The notes beneath the pieces are model-generated. The model saw only the letters and a list, made by a program, of their open reading frames with translations, had not been told where the DNA came from and made no database searches. Shown here piece after piece: positions 24,401 through 36,289 of a stretch of 63,640 bases of DNA. Both the position numbers and the translations under genes were made by a program. Within the stretch, counting starts at the first letter, position 1, and each line of letters starts with the position of its first letter. The DNA lies in assembly GCA_000934665.2 (NCBI GenBank), contig JYFJ02002077.1:1-63640 (forward strand), given 5' to 3'. This DNA comes from Catajapyx aquilonaris. Taxonomy: Eukaryota.

Positions 24401-26902
24401 GGCAAAGATTGACGAGGATTTATAATTTTAGACTCAGTATAGATGACTAATGCAGTAATTAAATAGAGAGTGGTACACTTGTGTAGTGGTTATTACCACA
24501 GCCTTTCACCTCTGAGGTCCCCTGCTTAATCCCTGTATCAGACAGGGATTTATCATGTGCAATTAGTTTCAACCCTGGTTTTGGAACCAGCAAGACCAGC
24601 AAACACCAGCATGCTGGTAACAGCAAAACAGTGCCAATTCCCAGCAGACCAGCATGCTGGTACCAGCATACCAGCATTGCTGGTTTCAAAACCGGGGAAT
24701 GTCCCATATCCCCATACTTGCAATGGTTTTCTCTGAGTTCTCCTGTTTCTCCCACTGTCAGAATCTAACTCCACAGAAATTGATGAAAGTCTGTGTATCA
24801 AAGAGGATCCCCTATAAAGAGGCTACAGACCTATCTTGGGGTAACCGATTACTTTTATTATTGGACACTTGGCTGAAGCGTAGCCAGATAGCTATAGTTG
24901 CTTTGGTTCCTTCCCAATCACACAACAACTTTTATTATTTTGAATGTAATTACTACTAATTGTCATTAACAATTCATCATGATTACTGGTGGTAGTGTAA
25001 ATCAGGTTTATTTTATGCACATTTGGTAGTTCTACGTGCACTAAATTTCATTAGGAAAACTACTGTAGATTTACCAAAGAGCAGGAAAAACAATGATGGA
25101 GTAGTTCACAAATTCAATCTGACAGCATTGCAAGTGATTTTAATGTATATTAATAATTCACAGCCATAAGTCTAAAAGTTTAAACAAAATACCCCCACTT
25201 CTATCCCTATGCACTATAGTAAAAACAAGTGAGTGTTTGCAATCTGGAGATAGGGAGAACAACACATTTTACTTTCACTAAAAAATTCCCATTGCAATTT
25301 TTTAAAATGAACATATTCCTAGATCAGAAACGGCATCAAATTAGTTTTGTTACATTGTACAATGTACAGTACAGTCTTTTTGAGGTTTATGCAAACTTAC
25401 AAGGAAAAGGTAGATATGGCAAGATATCTCAGATTTTTCCCCATGTGACTTCACCATTTTCCTTGAGAAAGGGAAGTGTGACACACCCCCCCCCCCCCCC
25501 CCCCCCCCCCGAATAATGTATGTGTGGGAGGTGGGGAATTAAGGCCTTGCTTGCAAAGGTGCAGGGATTTTGTTATTACAGAATAATGGACAGCTGACAA
25601 TATTTAAGTCACAGTTACATGCAAATAAATATCAGTGTCTTAACAAAGCAGGTGAATGATTTATTTTATTTCCGTTCTGAGGTCCAGTCAAAGTGCCTGC
25701 TGCAGTGGGTGCTCCAATGAGGCAGAAAGGCGAACAACATCGGGTTATAGTATTTTCTCATGGATTGGGAGGTTGCCGTACAACATACTCCACCACCTGC
25801 ACTGAGCTTGCCTCCAGAGGATTTGTGGTTGCAGCTGTAGAACACAGGTATAATCATTAGTTAAAGTACCAGTACTTAAAATGACGTTCCTCATGTTTGG
25901 TGTTTGGCAGAGATGGAACGGCATGCATCACCTATCATTTGAAAAAGGATGAAAATGATGGACCAGTGAAGATTAAGTGGGTTCCACACACGTTCATTCC
26001 TCCTTCACAAAGGCAGTACCCTATTCGTAATGAGCAGGTTAATAACGGCAGTGTTTCTATCAAAAGAGCACATGATTTATGCTAACTGATAAGGCCTATT
26101 TCAGGTGAATCAACGAGTATCTGAATGCCAAGCTGCTCTGGAGTTGCTACACAAACTAAATGAAGGAGAGGAAATTGTTAATGTCCTGGGTGACACTATG
26201 GAGTTCAAACAGTTTGAAAACTGTCTAAATTTGACTCGACCAATAATGATGGGTCACTCTTTTGGAGGGGCCACAACAATCCGAGCTTGTGCCACTGACA
26301 ATCGATTCCAGTACATATACTTTTTAATTGTCATAATTAATGCAGCACTAATTCATTGTTCATTTATAGTGGAGGGGTAATTTTGGACTGCTGGATGTTC
26401 CCACTGAAGGAAGATCGCAAGGTTGCACCAACCATAACCCAGCCACTGTTGTTCATCAACATGGAAGGTTTCCAAACAAAAACTAATCTGAGTGTGATGA
26501 AGTGGTTTGAAGGCCCTGATAAGAAAGTCCTCACCTTGAGGTGAGTCATGATAATAGTCCTAATTTCTGCAGACCAATACATTTATCTTGTCACAGGGGT
26601 ACAGATCATACCAACCAAACTGATATCCCCTTCATAAGTGGCTATCGGATTGTAAAGTGGCTTCTGCATAGTGCAACCAAGATGGATGCGTATTTGGCCA
26701 AAGATCTTTCCAATGCACTGGCGATCACATTTATTCAGAAGACCTTAGGTATGTGCATTGAATACCGCATCATTGTATTTTCATAGCACATTGTGCGATT
26801 CTTGTTTCAGGTGATGCGATGTACATTGACCTGCAGCAGATAATTGATGACAACAGAGGTGATATCATTGAAGGCATTTCATTGCCTGATAATCACCTGT
26901 GA
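21459..26902 (+). CDS. Platelet-activating factor acetylhydrolase (PLA2G7/PAFAH2 family)
   Basis: Exons ~21459-21609, 22329-22426, 23145-23259, 25682-25847, 25911-26037, 26106-26310, 26380-26540, 26597-26748 and 26811-26902. Motifs [40 protein letters not shown], catalytic GHSFGG, LDCWMFP and GTDHTNQTD. Confidence 0.92.
22566..23027. mobile_element. piggyBac-like MITE
   Basis: TTAA-CCCTTAACTACGTAGGTGG ... CCACCTACGTAGTTAAGGG-TTAA, with a duplicated subterminal repeat at the right end. Confidence 0.9.
23476..23635 (+). mobile_element. SINE 3' fragment
   Basis: Near-identical to 41525-41690 (GAGTTGCTTCCGTAATTAATAGGCCACAGCCGCTTCCTTCC...GGGGTATGAATT). Confidence 0.85.
24470..24850 (+). mobile_element. 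Degenerate tRNA-derived SINE interrupted by a MITE
   Basis: Head GTGTAGTGGTTA..CCTTTCACCTCTGAGGTC resembles the 1610 copy, and the body GGTTTTCTCTGAGTTCTCCTGTTTCTCCCAC resumes after the insertion. Confidence 0.65.
24573..24697. mobile_element. Small CCC-terminated MITE (EnSpm/CACTA-like)
   Basis: TIR CCCTGGTTTTGGAACCAGCA / TGCTGGTTTCAAAACCGGGG, AA on both flanks, and internal ACCAGCA repeats. Confidence 0.65.
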
Positions 26903-27944
26903 TAAATTTGCGTCAGAATCAGTGAGAATAGGTTTTTAGAATGGACAACTGGTGCTTTAATTTTATTGAATGGTGTAGTACATACCTTGGTGCTGTGCAT
27001 TATTCCCATGCAACCTTGACAGGTGGGATATTTGCTATGAAAGATTAATATCGTAATTGAAGTACTTTTTATAACCACAATTTGTGAATAGTTTGTAATC
27101 TGTAATATATGGTGTGAAAATAATAACGATGTTACATCACTTGGTTTTTTTGTGTGCTTCTTACCAGTGCAAAGTGAGGTAATGCATGTTCTTGAGAAGT
27201 AGGCAATAAATTGCCTCACCACGTGGGTTGTGGCTTTTGTTATGAAAAAAAAGCCGACTGAGAAGTAGGTGCTGGAATTGGCGCAGATATTGGGAGCCCC
27301 AGATTGGGTTGGGCAACTCTTGCTCATGCACATGACCGCCTTTCACATTTGAATTCGGACCCTCTCGTGCCCTCTCTACAACCACCTGACCTCCTCCGAG
27401 GTCTGCAGTGGCGCCTTGTGGTCGGAAGGAGAAGCATGCGGGACAAGTGGGAAAAGCGAATGTCGTCCTTCCTGCCTGCCACCTGTCGGCCAGGCGACCA
27501 AATGCGTGGTTGAGGCCTGAGAGTGGTTCACGGTTCACGTGTACACTTGCTTCTGGTCCTTCCTAGTTCCTTCTTCTACTCTGAAGTCTGAACACTGGAC
27601 GTCGATTGTCAGCTGCAGAGCCAGTCGCGTCGGCGGTCCTACTCTGCGTCCGAATACACACGCGGACGCCCCCCCGCCGACTCGCCCTACGACACCGGCA
27701 CACTCTGGCTGGAACCGACGGACCGAGCAACGTCGTACTCGCAAACTGTTGGCGATTCCAATTTGCATAGGTGGGGGTGGGGACCATGCGGGAAGCGAGA
27801 GGCTGACCCAAACCGATGGCTGACATGCCGACTGGCAGGTGGTAGGCTGATGGTTCTAGCTGCTGCTTGATGCGGAAGTGGACTTGCCACTGCGACCATC
27901 ACTGCACGTCTTAGCAGGGGCTGCTGGGACGGGAGGACAGAGAA

Positions 27945-30900
27945 ATGTCTTGGGTTCAGTTTGTGTTTGGTCGCATACGGTCTCTGCTCCTTCTGCTCTT
28001 GGGATTGCTCAGGAGGGCCATTTGCTGTTTCCGCAGAAGGAGGAGGCTCTCAGACACGCCCATTCCCCTCACCTCGGTTGGTGTCAGTGCAGCTGCAGCA
28101 TCTACCCAGTCTTCAGTACGTATTATTTGTGACATCACACCACCCAGACTCTATGGCTGGCATTAGCCACATAATATTATTCTGTTATTCGCATGGACAG
28201 CACATTGAAGCAACTGCTGCAGCAAGCCATGACAGAGGTTCTAGAAAAAAAAAGGCTTTATTTTGATCCTGACCTGTATACTGGATCCTTCGGGATGCAG
28301 TTTCTGTAAAATGTGTCAACAGAATTACTGTGATTACAGAATGCAGAACTGACGAACTGGGAAAATTGGGAAGATCAGCCACTGTCAGTTGTGACAGACA
28401 AAGCGGCAACTGTTCAACAGCACATTGAGTCATACCGTATGAGCAGGCAGAAATCGTCTGAAGAAGAACCTGAGCCAGAGCCTGACTACTTTCAGGTACT
28501 TGCAGGTTTTCATAACATTTTCATGTCACATGAGACAACAGATACTGTGGAACCCCGATTATCCGTCACTCACAGGACCAGGGCATGGATGGAACACAAA
28601 AAAAGGTCGGCTAATAATCTGAGGATCAGAGAAAACTAATGAAACAACAAAAACATACGAGCAAAACATGAAATAATGTACAATATTGTGGTTTTCTAAG
28701 AAATAGTGAAGCGTTTAGCTTTTGCATACACACTCAACTGTACCGTATTTACATTTTAACTGAGGCAATACATAACGAATGTGTAGTGCATACAGAATTT
28801 AATGAGAAAACATGGGTTTATTGCTGGAGCGGGAAGGTCAGATAAGCTGAGAAGTTAGATGATAATAATAAGAGGTCGGATAATGGTGGTTCTACTGTAA
28901 CTAGTTGCAGACTCATTGCCAAATTTTGGCAACACTGCTTGGCCCACCCCCTCACTTGGAAGTAATTATGATAGATAGGCACCTACTAGTTGGAGCATAG
29001 GCTCTCCCTCTGCACACTATACTGCTTAGGGGGAAAGTAGTTCTACATGCTCCTTGGTGATGAGTCACCGTGTGGACAAAGCCCACCAGGGTGCTATGAC
29101 CAGCGCATGTCTCGCCTCCATTGACGTGGGTCCTACCCTTCTGACTACTTTATGTCGTCTAATTGTTGAAGGTGTAAAGTGAAAATCTATAGTTACTACT
29201 ACCTAGGCGATGTGTGTTGACGGACATTTAAATGGAAAGGGAGGATAAGGCTTTTAGGTATATTGATTGATGATTGATGTTAAATATCAACAGCTGTTTC
29301 TTACGCTGATGATGATAATGATTAGAAACCTATCAGGACAATTCCTACTTCCATTAAATATCTGCACATTTTCCAAGTCTTTCAAGGTGTGAAAGCAAGT
29401 CAAGTAGCTCAACTTCAGCAATCACTTCAGGCAAGGTCAATGGATGCAAATAGATACTGGTAGTGTCTTTTAAGTTTTAATTTCTATAATAACAGTTCAA
29501 ATGACATTTGCTGAAACTTGCAGATGGCAATTTGTTGTGCAACATGTACGTACTTAGTTGCATTAACCAGATTAATGCTTTTGTTATTATAATCTAGCTG
29601 GCAGTAGCTTTGATATGCCACATGTTGGACCTGCATTGGGAGAGAGGAAGCTGCCATGTCCCATTCCAAGTGAAGTGTAAAACAGCCTGAAATTCTGACA
29701 CATGAGGGTATCATGATCTCCACTTAATAGCAGAAATACTGTAGAATAAATTTTCTTTGCAGGACATGTCGCCTCATATCACCAGGCAAATGAAGATTCT
29801 ACTTAGAAAGCAAGAAGAAGAAGCTGCAGTGAATGAGATTTCCAGTCGCCTTGGACTTACTGCGGACCCAGCGCTATTCCCGGTGAGCAAATTTTCTACT
29901 TCTTGATATATTTAAGTTAATGTTGAATTGAAGTAAAAATATTAATATACGAGTAGATTTAAAATTTCAATTCAATTGTGATTCAACAAGCAGGGTATGG
30001 TTTTAAGGCTCTACACTAATAGAGGTACTCTTTCACACATATATGACTGATTGAAATATACCGTACCTTAGCAAATTATTAATTTGGAGAGAAAAAATTA
30101 CAAACCTAAAAAATCGAAAGATTAACACATCCCTGCAACAACATTACTCTTGAGTCACAAACACGCTGTAGGAGTTGCTTTTGTCTTTCATGGTAAGTTC
30201 ATTTGTGGCAGGATCTGTTGATATACAGGATGTCCTGTAAGTCTGGACCCATAGGATATGTCTGACTCTCAGAATGTCAATAATAAGTTGACTCGATCAG
30301 TATGTTGCTAAACTCAGCGCTGTCAGCACTGCACTGCTGCTGAGCTCTCCTATTGTTTACTTATTGTTATTTTATTGTTACTTGTTTATTTCACTGCGGC
30401 AATGTTACTATGGTTACATAGTAGCCCTGTACTGCAACACTGTGATATGAGAATACCCTAAGCCTGCCTAAGGGTCCAGACTTATGGAACAGGTAGGGCT
30501 TGTTTTATGGATTTTCATTTTATGAGCCTGTTTTGCTGGAATCTAACCCCATTCTAAAACAGGGCATATCAGCTTGAAAGCTGTCAAGGACCTGCATCAC
30601 CAGATGGAGAGACTCGACCAAGTGGAACCGTTCCTTTTTTCATTTACATGTCATTGGTACTCGAGTATAAATCTTGACGCGGTCATAAGCTGACAGATCA
30701 TTATGCTGATGTGTACCCTTAATAGGAATTATGGGACTTCATAACTAATAATAGCGGATGTGTACCCTGTTGCAATACTTGTAACCTGGCAAACTAAAGG
30801 GTGTGAATATATGAAAAGTGGGTAGTAAGAGACATTTTCATTTCTATCCAGAGTGCTGAACTTGAGGCATGGGAAGAGGAAGGAGGTGGATGGGAAGGTT

Positions 30901-31055
30901 CTTCAGAAGCTGATGGTTGGGACACGGAGCAAGCCCTGGAGGAAAGGCGACGGGAAGAACAGCAGAGACGCCAGATAGAGAGGCAGAAGAGGAGGATGGA
31001 AAAGGAGCAGCAAAGAGCCACCAGGGGAACAGTGTTGGGAACACGTCTGCGATGA
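27945..31055 (+). CDS. EBAG9: Receptor-binding cancer antigen expressed on SiSo cells (RCAS1/EBAG9)
   Basis: Exons ~27945-28115, 28339-28495, 29763-29882 and 30852-31055. N-terminal hydrophobic anchor, then CCFRRRRRLS, W-x-x-W, EPEPDYFQDMSP, SSRL, ELEAWEE and a C-terminal coiled coil ending LGTRLR. Confidence 0.88.
28545..28897. mobile_element. pogo/Tigger-like MITE
   Basis: TA-CTGTGGAACCCCGATTATCCG ... CGGATAATGGTGGTTCTACTG-TA. Confidence 0.75.
30226..30491. mobile_element. Tc1/mariner-type MITE remnant
   Basis: TA-CAGGATGTCCTGTAAGTCTGGACCC on the left and GGGTCCAGACTTATGGAACAG on the right. Confidence 0.55.
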
Positions 31056-31549
31056 CAGGTGTGGGAGGGAGGTGCTTGGAGATGCAGTTACACTTACAAA
31101 CTGTTGCTGTAACAGTCAAGGGAATAGGCTATGGTTGCAGACAGAGTGAAAAAATATTTTTAGCATGTGGCATCTTGTCAAGTGTCATGAAAAGGCTTCA
31201 AGTGTGGATCTGATGAGAGTTATGAATGGACATACAAAAGTTTGAAACTGAATTCTGCACACAAATTATGTCATTTGTGAATATGACTGCATGAATCATT
31301 TGTTTGGAGTACTGGTGTAACATCACTGGGCAATCATGGTGACACGAATGCAAAATATAGAAGGAAAGTGATTCCATGCATATGTACTTTTGTCTTGGGA
31401 AAGAAATGCGTCATATTTGAGCAAGACTTTATTTCCAATATCTGTACAAACATTATGACTCCATTTTATCCAGACAAATAATAGGCTAGGTAACAAAGTT
31501 GATAAAACATCCACAAAAGCAACAAAAAGGTTTCCACTGGGGGGGGAGG

Positions 31550-33304
31550 TCAGCAGTGATACAAGCAAGGTGACTGAAATACATTCACTTTCACTTGAAC
31601 TGCATCTGAAATTAAAGTTTGTTGTCCTATTATGTGGCTTTATGTTGCCTTGAATTATGCACTCACCTGGAAGTCTGTGCTTCAGTTTAATGGCAGCCCA
31701 TTCATCAGATCCATCGCAACAGTCACAAATTCCATCATTGACTCGGCTGGACGGTATCACAGCTGCAGCAGAGAAAAAACTAGTTTCACGTATTTGCCAA
31801 ACTGTCCCTTCTTTCATGTTCAATCATTGCATGCAATAGTATGTTATGATTTGAAATACTCCAGCGAAATATCACACAGCCTTCAAACTGCCATTAAACT
31901 GTGTAGTCTGTTGATACCAGGTAATATTTAAATAGCCCTTAAAGTAGCTGTTCAGAAGTACCTGCTTAATAATCAACAGGTTAGTGCCAAAGAATCACTA
32001 CACACTGAACACATGATACATTGATAATTCTCTTTTGAGACCAAACAAAACTTCTGGACAGGTTTCTACTGAAAAGTGCAGCAAGGGTAGAAGGGGCCTA
32101 TTGAGACAGGACATAATGAAACATTCTTGCCCTTTATCATGTCCTGTCTACTTGTGGTCAGTACCTTGTTAGTTACATTGTTCATACCGTTGAATGTTCT
32201 TTTTGCCTTTGTGAGGTTAGTTTACCCAAATAAGCTTACAGGAAATAGCAATGTAATCATTACACCTCATGTTTACAGGCTGGTGATGTCAAATAACAAC
32301 GGCAAACACGGTAAGATATTAGTATACCAGTGGCCTTATGGTGCATCACAGTGAGAATTCACACTGGTGACACAGGTCCCACCCAATTTGTCCTCTCAAG
32401 ACTATGACGAAGCTGTTGAAATTTTCGCCACTACCCTGGACCTTTTCTATACAGTACTATAATAGGAGACCCCCTGCACTGAAGTTGTGGTGGTTTCGTT
32501 AAGATAGATGCAGGAAGCAAACAATGCAGAACAAGATGGTTCCTAGCAAGCAGTCTTACAATTAGATTACCAATCTCATTAGAAATTGGCTGAGAGTGAT
32601 GCCGGTGTTTGGTCCCTGCAAAACAAAATGGCACAGCTCCCACACAGCCATCTCTATGCTATGATAGTATAGAAAAGGTCTACCTAGTGGTGGAAATTAC
32701 AGCGACATCACAGCCTGAAGTGAACAAATAAGATGAGATCAAACTCACTAGTGAGAATAATTCTAGTGATGCAGAATAAGGCACAAATAAGTTTTTGCTT
32801 ACATGGGAACTGGCTCCTGTAAACTTGGCAGGCAAATTTGCCCTTATCACATGCATTAGTCCCTGGTTCATCACTCCCATCCTCAGGGCAGTCACAATAA
32901 TCGTCATTGACCATGGCAAAGTCAATGTCAACTCCAGAACTCGTGCAGGTAAACTTCCCATTTTTCAGGTGGTACAAATGCAGATCAGTTGCCTTTACAC
33001 CTCTAACTACAGTGTTACGGCTCTTGGCTGCCTCTACTTCTCTGAAACTGTCAATGGGAGGTGCCTGCAATATGTTGTCTGTATCCACAATCTTGTCTCC
33101 CATGAAGCGGTTGTGCGACCGTCTGAGGTTAAATTCTGCTGTCATCTCATCTCCTAGCTGCTTCACAGAGAAGATCTGGTACAGAACAAATGCGGTTCCC
33201 AGAATGACTCCTATTAGGAGGGTGGCACGGAGCTTCTTCTTCGGGAGCCAGCGGGAAACAACTGAACTGCCTCTGTGACCCTTTCCACTGCTTCCAGGAA
33301 ACAT
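31550..33304 (-). CDS. Type II membrane protein with glucosidase II beta (PRKCSH-like) cysteine-rich domain
   Basis: Exons ~33304-32803, 31762-31667 and 31605-31550. Basic N-terminus followed by a TM helix (ATLLIGVILGTAFVLYQIF). Motifs VNDDYCDCPEDGSDEPGTNAC and IPSSRVNDGICDCCDGSDE. Ends QSPCLYHC*. Confidence 0.85.
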
Positions 33305-36289
33305 TTCTTTATGCTGTGCCCTGAAAAGCAGGAGTAAAAAGGAAATACTGTAGCATTATTACGACATTAATTTATAGTGATTTTCACAAACATAAGTTAG
33401 ATGGCCTTGTTATAATATTTCCTGGTATGCAATAATATAATAAACTCCTTGCAAAATCAGGCTACTGAATGATTAGGGCCACCATTTCCTCAAACCAATC
33501 CCTACCACCTCACCGACTAAATAAGTCCTCTCTACTAGCCGTGGTCGTCATGCCAGTGTGAACAGTCCGTCGAGGTATGGTCACAAAATGCCCAAAATCT
33601 TGTGACGGATGCTGCCCTGTCGCTTCCTGAAGGCGTGAGGCCCTTCCGCACCGATACTTCTCGCAATAAATACTCGCCCTCTTTGATCTTCAACATGCGC
33701 TTCCTCAGGTCAAACAATCGCAATGAAACATGCTAAGTAAACGGGATGATTGTTGGTACTAACAGGTCAGGTAGTTCAGTCGCCGGCGGCCGTCATTTTG
33801 GAGTACGGGGCAGGGTGGAAGGGTTTTAACTCCGTGGAAGGAGCCTCTTTTAAATCCTGAAACTCTCTTCAGCCAGGGGAAGATGCAATTTATAAAATCG
33901 GAAAATTTCGTTGCGTGATAAACAAACCACTCGGATTGTTCCGAGCAGACGGATCTGCAAACCCTGTCACTTCAGCTCCGAAGTAGCCGCTTCATTAACT
34001 GCTACTCGTGTCACGGCTACATTACATGAACGCGCTTTCATGATAGCGGCTATATTATCATCTTCTGGCATCTGGCAGGCTGCGAAGGACAGAGCAGCTG
34101 CGCTTCTAATAGCCCTTCCGACACCCCCCGAATCGCCTTGAGTGTAGAAGTGGCTAGTGGCTATTTGGGGAAGGCGACTGGCAAGCAGCAGATCGGACGG
34201 GGCAGTGGAGTCAAGTGAAGGGAACGGGCAGGAAGGGGTCGGGGCTGGCAAAAGGGTGTCCAGGGAACTACAAGGAAAAGAGGAAGGTGCGAGGCGAGGG
34301 GCCCCCCCCCCCCCATCCCCTCCTCAGCTCGGGTGGATGGACCTCCAGCACATGGTTGTGTCGAACGCCGCCAACATCGGACGGACGTAACGGTACGCTC
34401 AGGGATGCGGAAGAAGGTTACGGGGCGGGGAGGGGTGGAACGCAGAGAGAGAGAGAGGGGAAAAAAAGAGCTAGAGAGAATACAGTGGATGGGGGGAGGG
34501 GGAAATGGGGCGGTGGAGGTGGCGCAGAAGAGGAGAAAAAAATATATCAGGAGTGTAACCACACCCGGTTCTTGGTGGGTTTTGATTCCTTGGGCCCGAA
34601 TCGTACTGCTCGAGGGGAAGGAGGCGGGGGAGGATGGGGCGGGCTAGATGGCTACACAGTTTGGGTCAAGAACTTGCATGGGGAGGTCGGATGTTGGGAA
34701 ACAGCAATTTTTTCTCTCTCTCTGCTTCTCTCTCACAAGGTTGACGTGTTTGGTGGGGCAGCAGGTATACACTACTTGGATTTCTTCCGGCCTTGGAGAG
34801 TTTTGGAGTTTTTTGGGCCAGCTGAGTGGGAGGGGGGGAGGGAGGGTTGCAAGGCTCAGGGGAATTACTTGCTGCCTGGGAAAGTGTACTGGGGATTGGT
34901 GGCTGCAAATATGGGCATACCCGGGGCTGCGGATGGGACGGTCTGGTCAGCATGTCAGGCCTAATGCGCGCCGGAACAAGTGATGACCAATGTTGTTTCT
35001 ATGAATCAACAGATTTCTGCATTTGTTTTTTTCTTGCTGGGGTATATAAGTGGGAATATTTAAATCGGGGATGGTTAAGTGAGTCGTGAATTTCTTTTAA
35101 AATGTTTGCAAAATACTCCATAAGCACTTGACAAAGTACATGCCATGTTACTTGCTGCTAAGCATGTTGCCAAACTTCCTGTAAACAAGAATCTATAATC
35201 CTACACACTGCACACATTTTCCATACTCTTTCCATACATCATTCCCCTACTCCTTTGTTTCATATGTGGCAGCATGATACTATTAGAATGTCATGCCATA
35301 TTACCCAGCATTCTGTGCCATGCCGGTAAAACAGGGTTGATCTGATTTTAGAAAGCATCTGGTGGCTATTCCAGCATGTCGGTATAGAACAGGGTCTGTA
35401 TGTTACCTGTGAAAAGCATGCAATTTTTTTGAGCCATAAAGTACAGGACATTCTGTCCTTTATATCCTCTTCCCCCTCCAGCATCACCAGTTAGGAATAT
35501 CTGTTGTAAATCACTTGCCAAATGTCACAATAAATGTGCCCTCCCCGCCACTCCATTCCCTGAGGACTACGCAGTCAATGTGGTGCATTTATTTAAAAGT
35601 GTGTCACACTGTATTCTATAGGTTGGTTTTTATGCTAGTAGTGGTTAGCAGTACTGCAGTCAATAACTTAGTTTTTCATTTTCCTGCTAAGCTCTGCTAG
35701 CAGCCTGCCTCTGCTGATCAGCATTCTCCCACAAGCTTGCTCATGAAGCATAAGGAGGCAGCAACTTAGCAGACGGATGAAAAACCCACCCAATGTGTCT
35801 GTTTAGCTGCTTGAAGCAAGGCTTGAAGAATGCAGCAAAAATTCAAGACCAATCTCCTCTGACAAAGATTACAATAATCTGCTTCTTACAGTTGTTGTAA
35901 TGTGTTTGCATGGAAAAGGCTTATTAATCAGATTACTGTTTCTGGGAAATACTACCATCTGTTAATGCAAGGAGCTTGTATGTGTGCATATGAACTGAGT
36001 GGCACAGGTGACAATCTGAACATTTAATGGCAGTGACAGCCAGCTTTATCTTATCAGTATTTTTTAAAGCCACAGATGTTCAAGTGTGAAGTCATCATTA
36101 GCAACCATTTGTTTTTTCCTTGACTGCTTCTTGGAGCCAGGGTATAAAAGTGCCTCCCTGTTTATTAGACTCAAACAATAACTGCCTCTCCTTCTTTGTC
36201 TCCACCAGTCTCCACACATTATCTCACATTCCCTTCCCACCCTCACCTTCTCCAATTTCATGTAGTGGCAGATAGAGCCAACTGCATAA

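Noticed and set aside
24573..24697. Short ACCAGCA repeats resembling an array
   Set aside because: Irregular subterminal repeats of a MITE. The context is eukaryotic, with no CRISPR repeat-spacer structure or cas genes.
29057..29144. Possible C/D box snoRNA (GTGATGA ... CTGA) in an EBAG9 intron
   Set aside because: No terminal stem and no rRNA-complementary guide that I can recognise. The motif pair is expected by chance.
33535..33723. 62-aa ORF upstream of the PRKCSH-like gene as a possible bicistronic partner
   Set aside because: No recognisable homology or motif, and indistinguishable from a chance uORF.
34215..34964. 249-aa ORF upstream of RNF19
   Set aside because: Low-complexity G/A-rich promoter and 5' UTR sequence with no recognisable domain.
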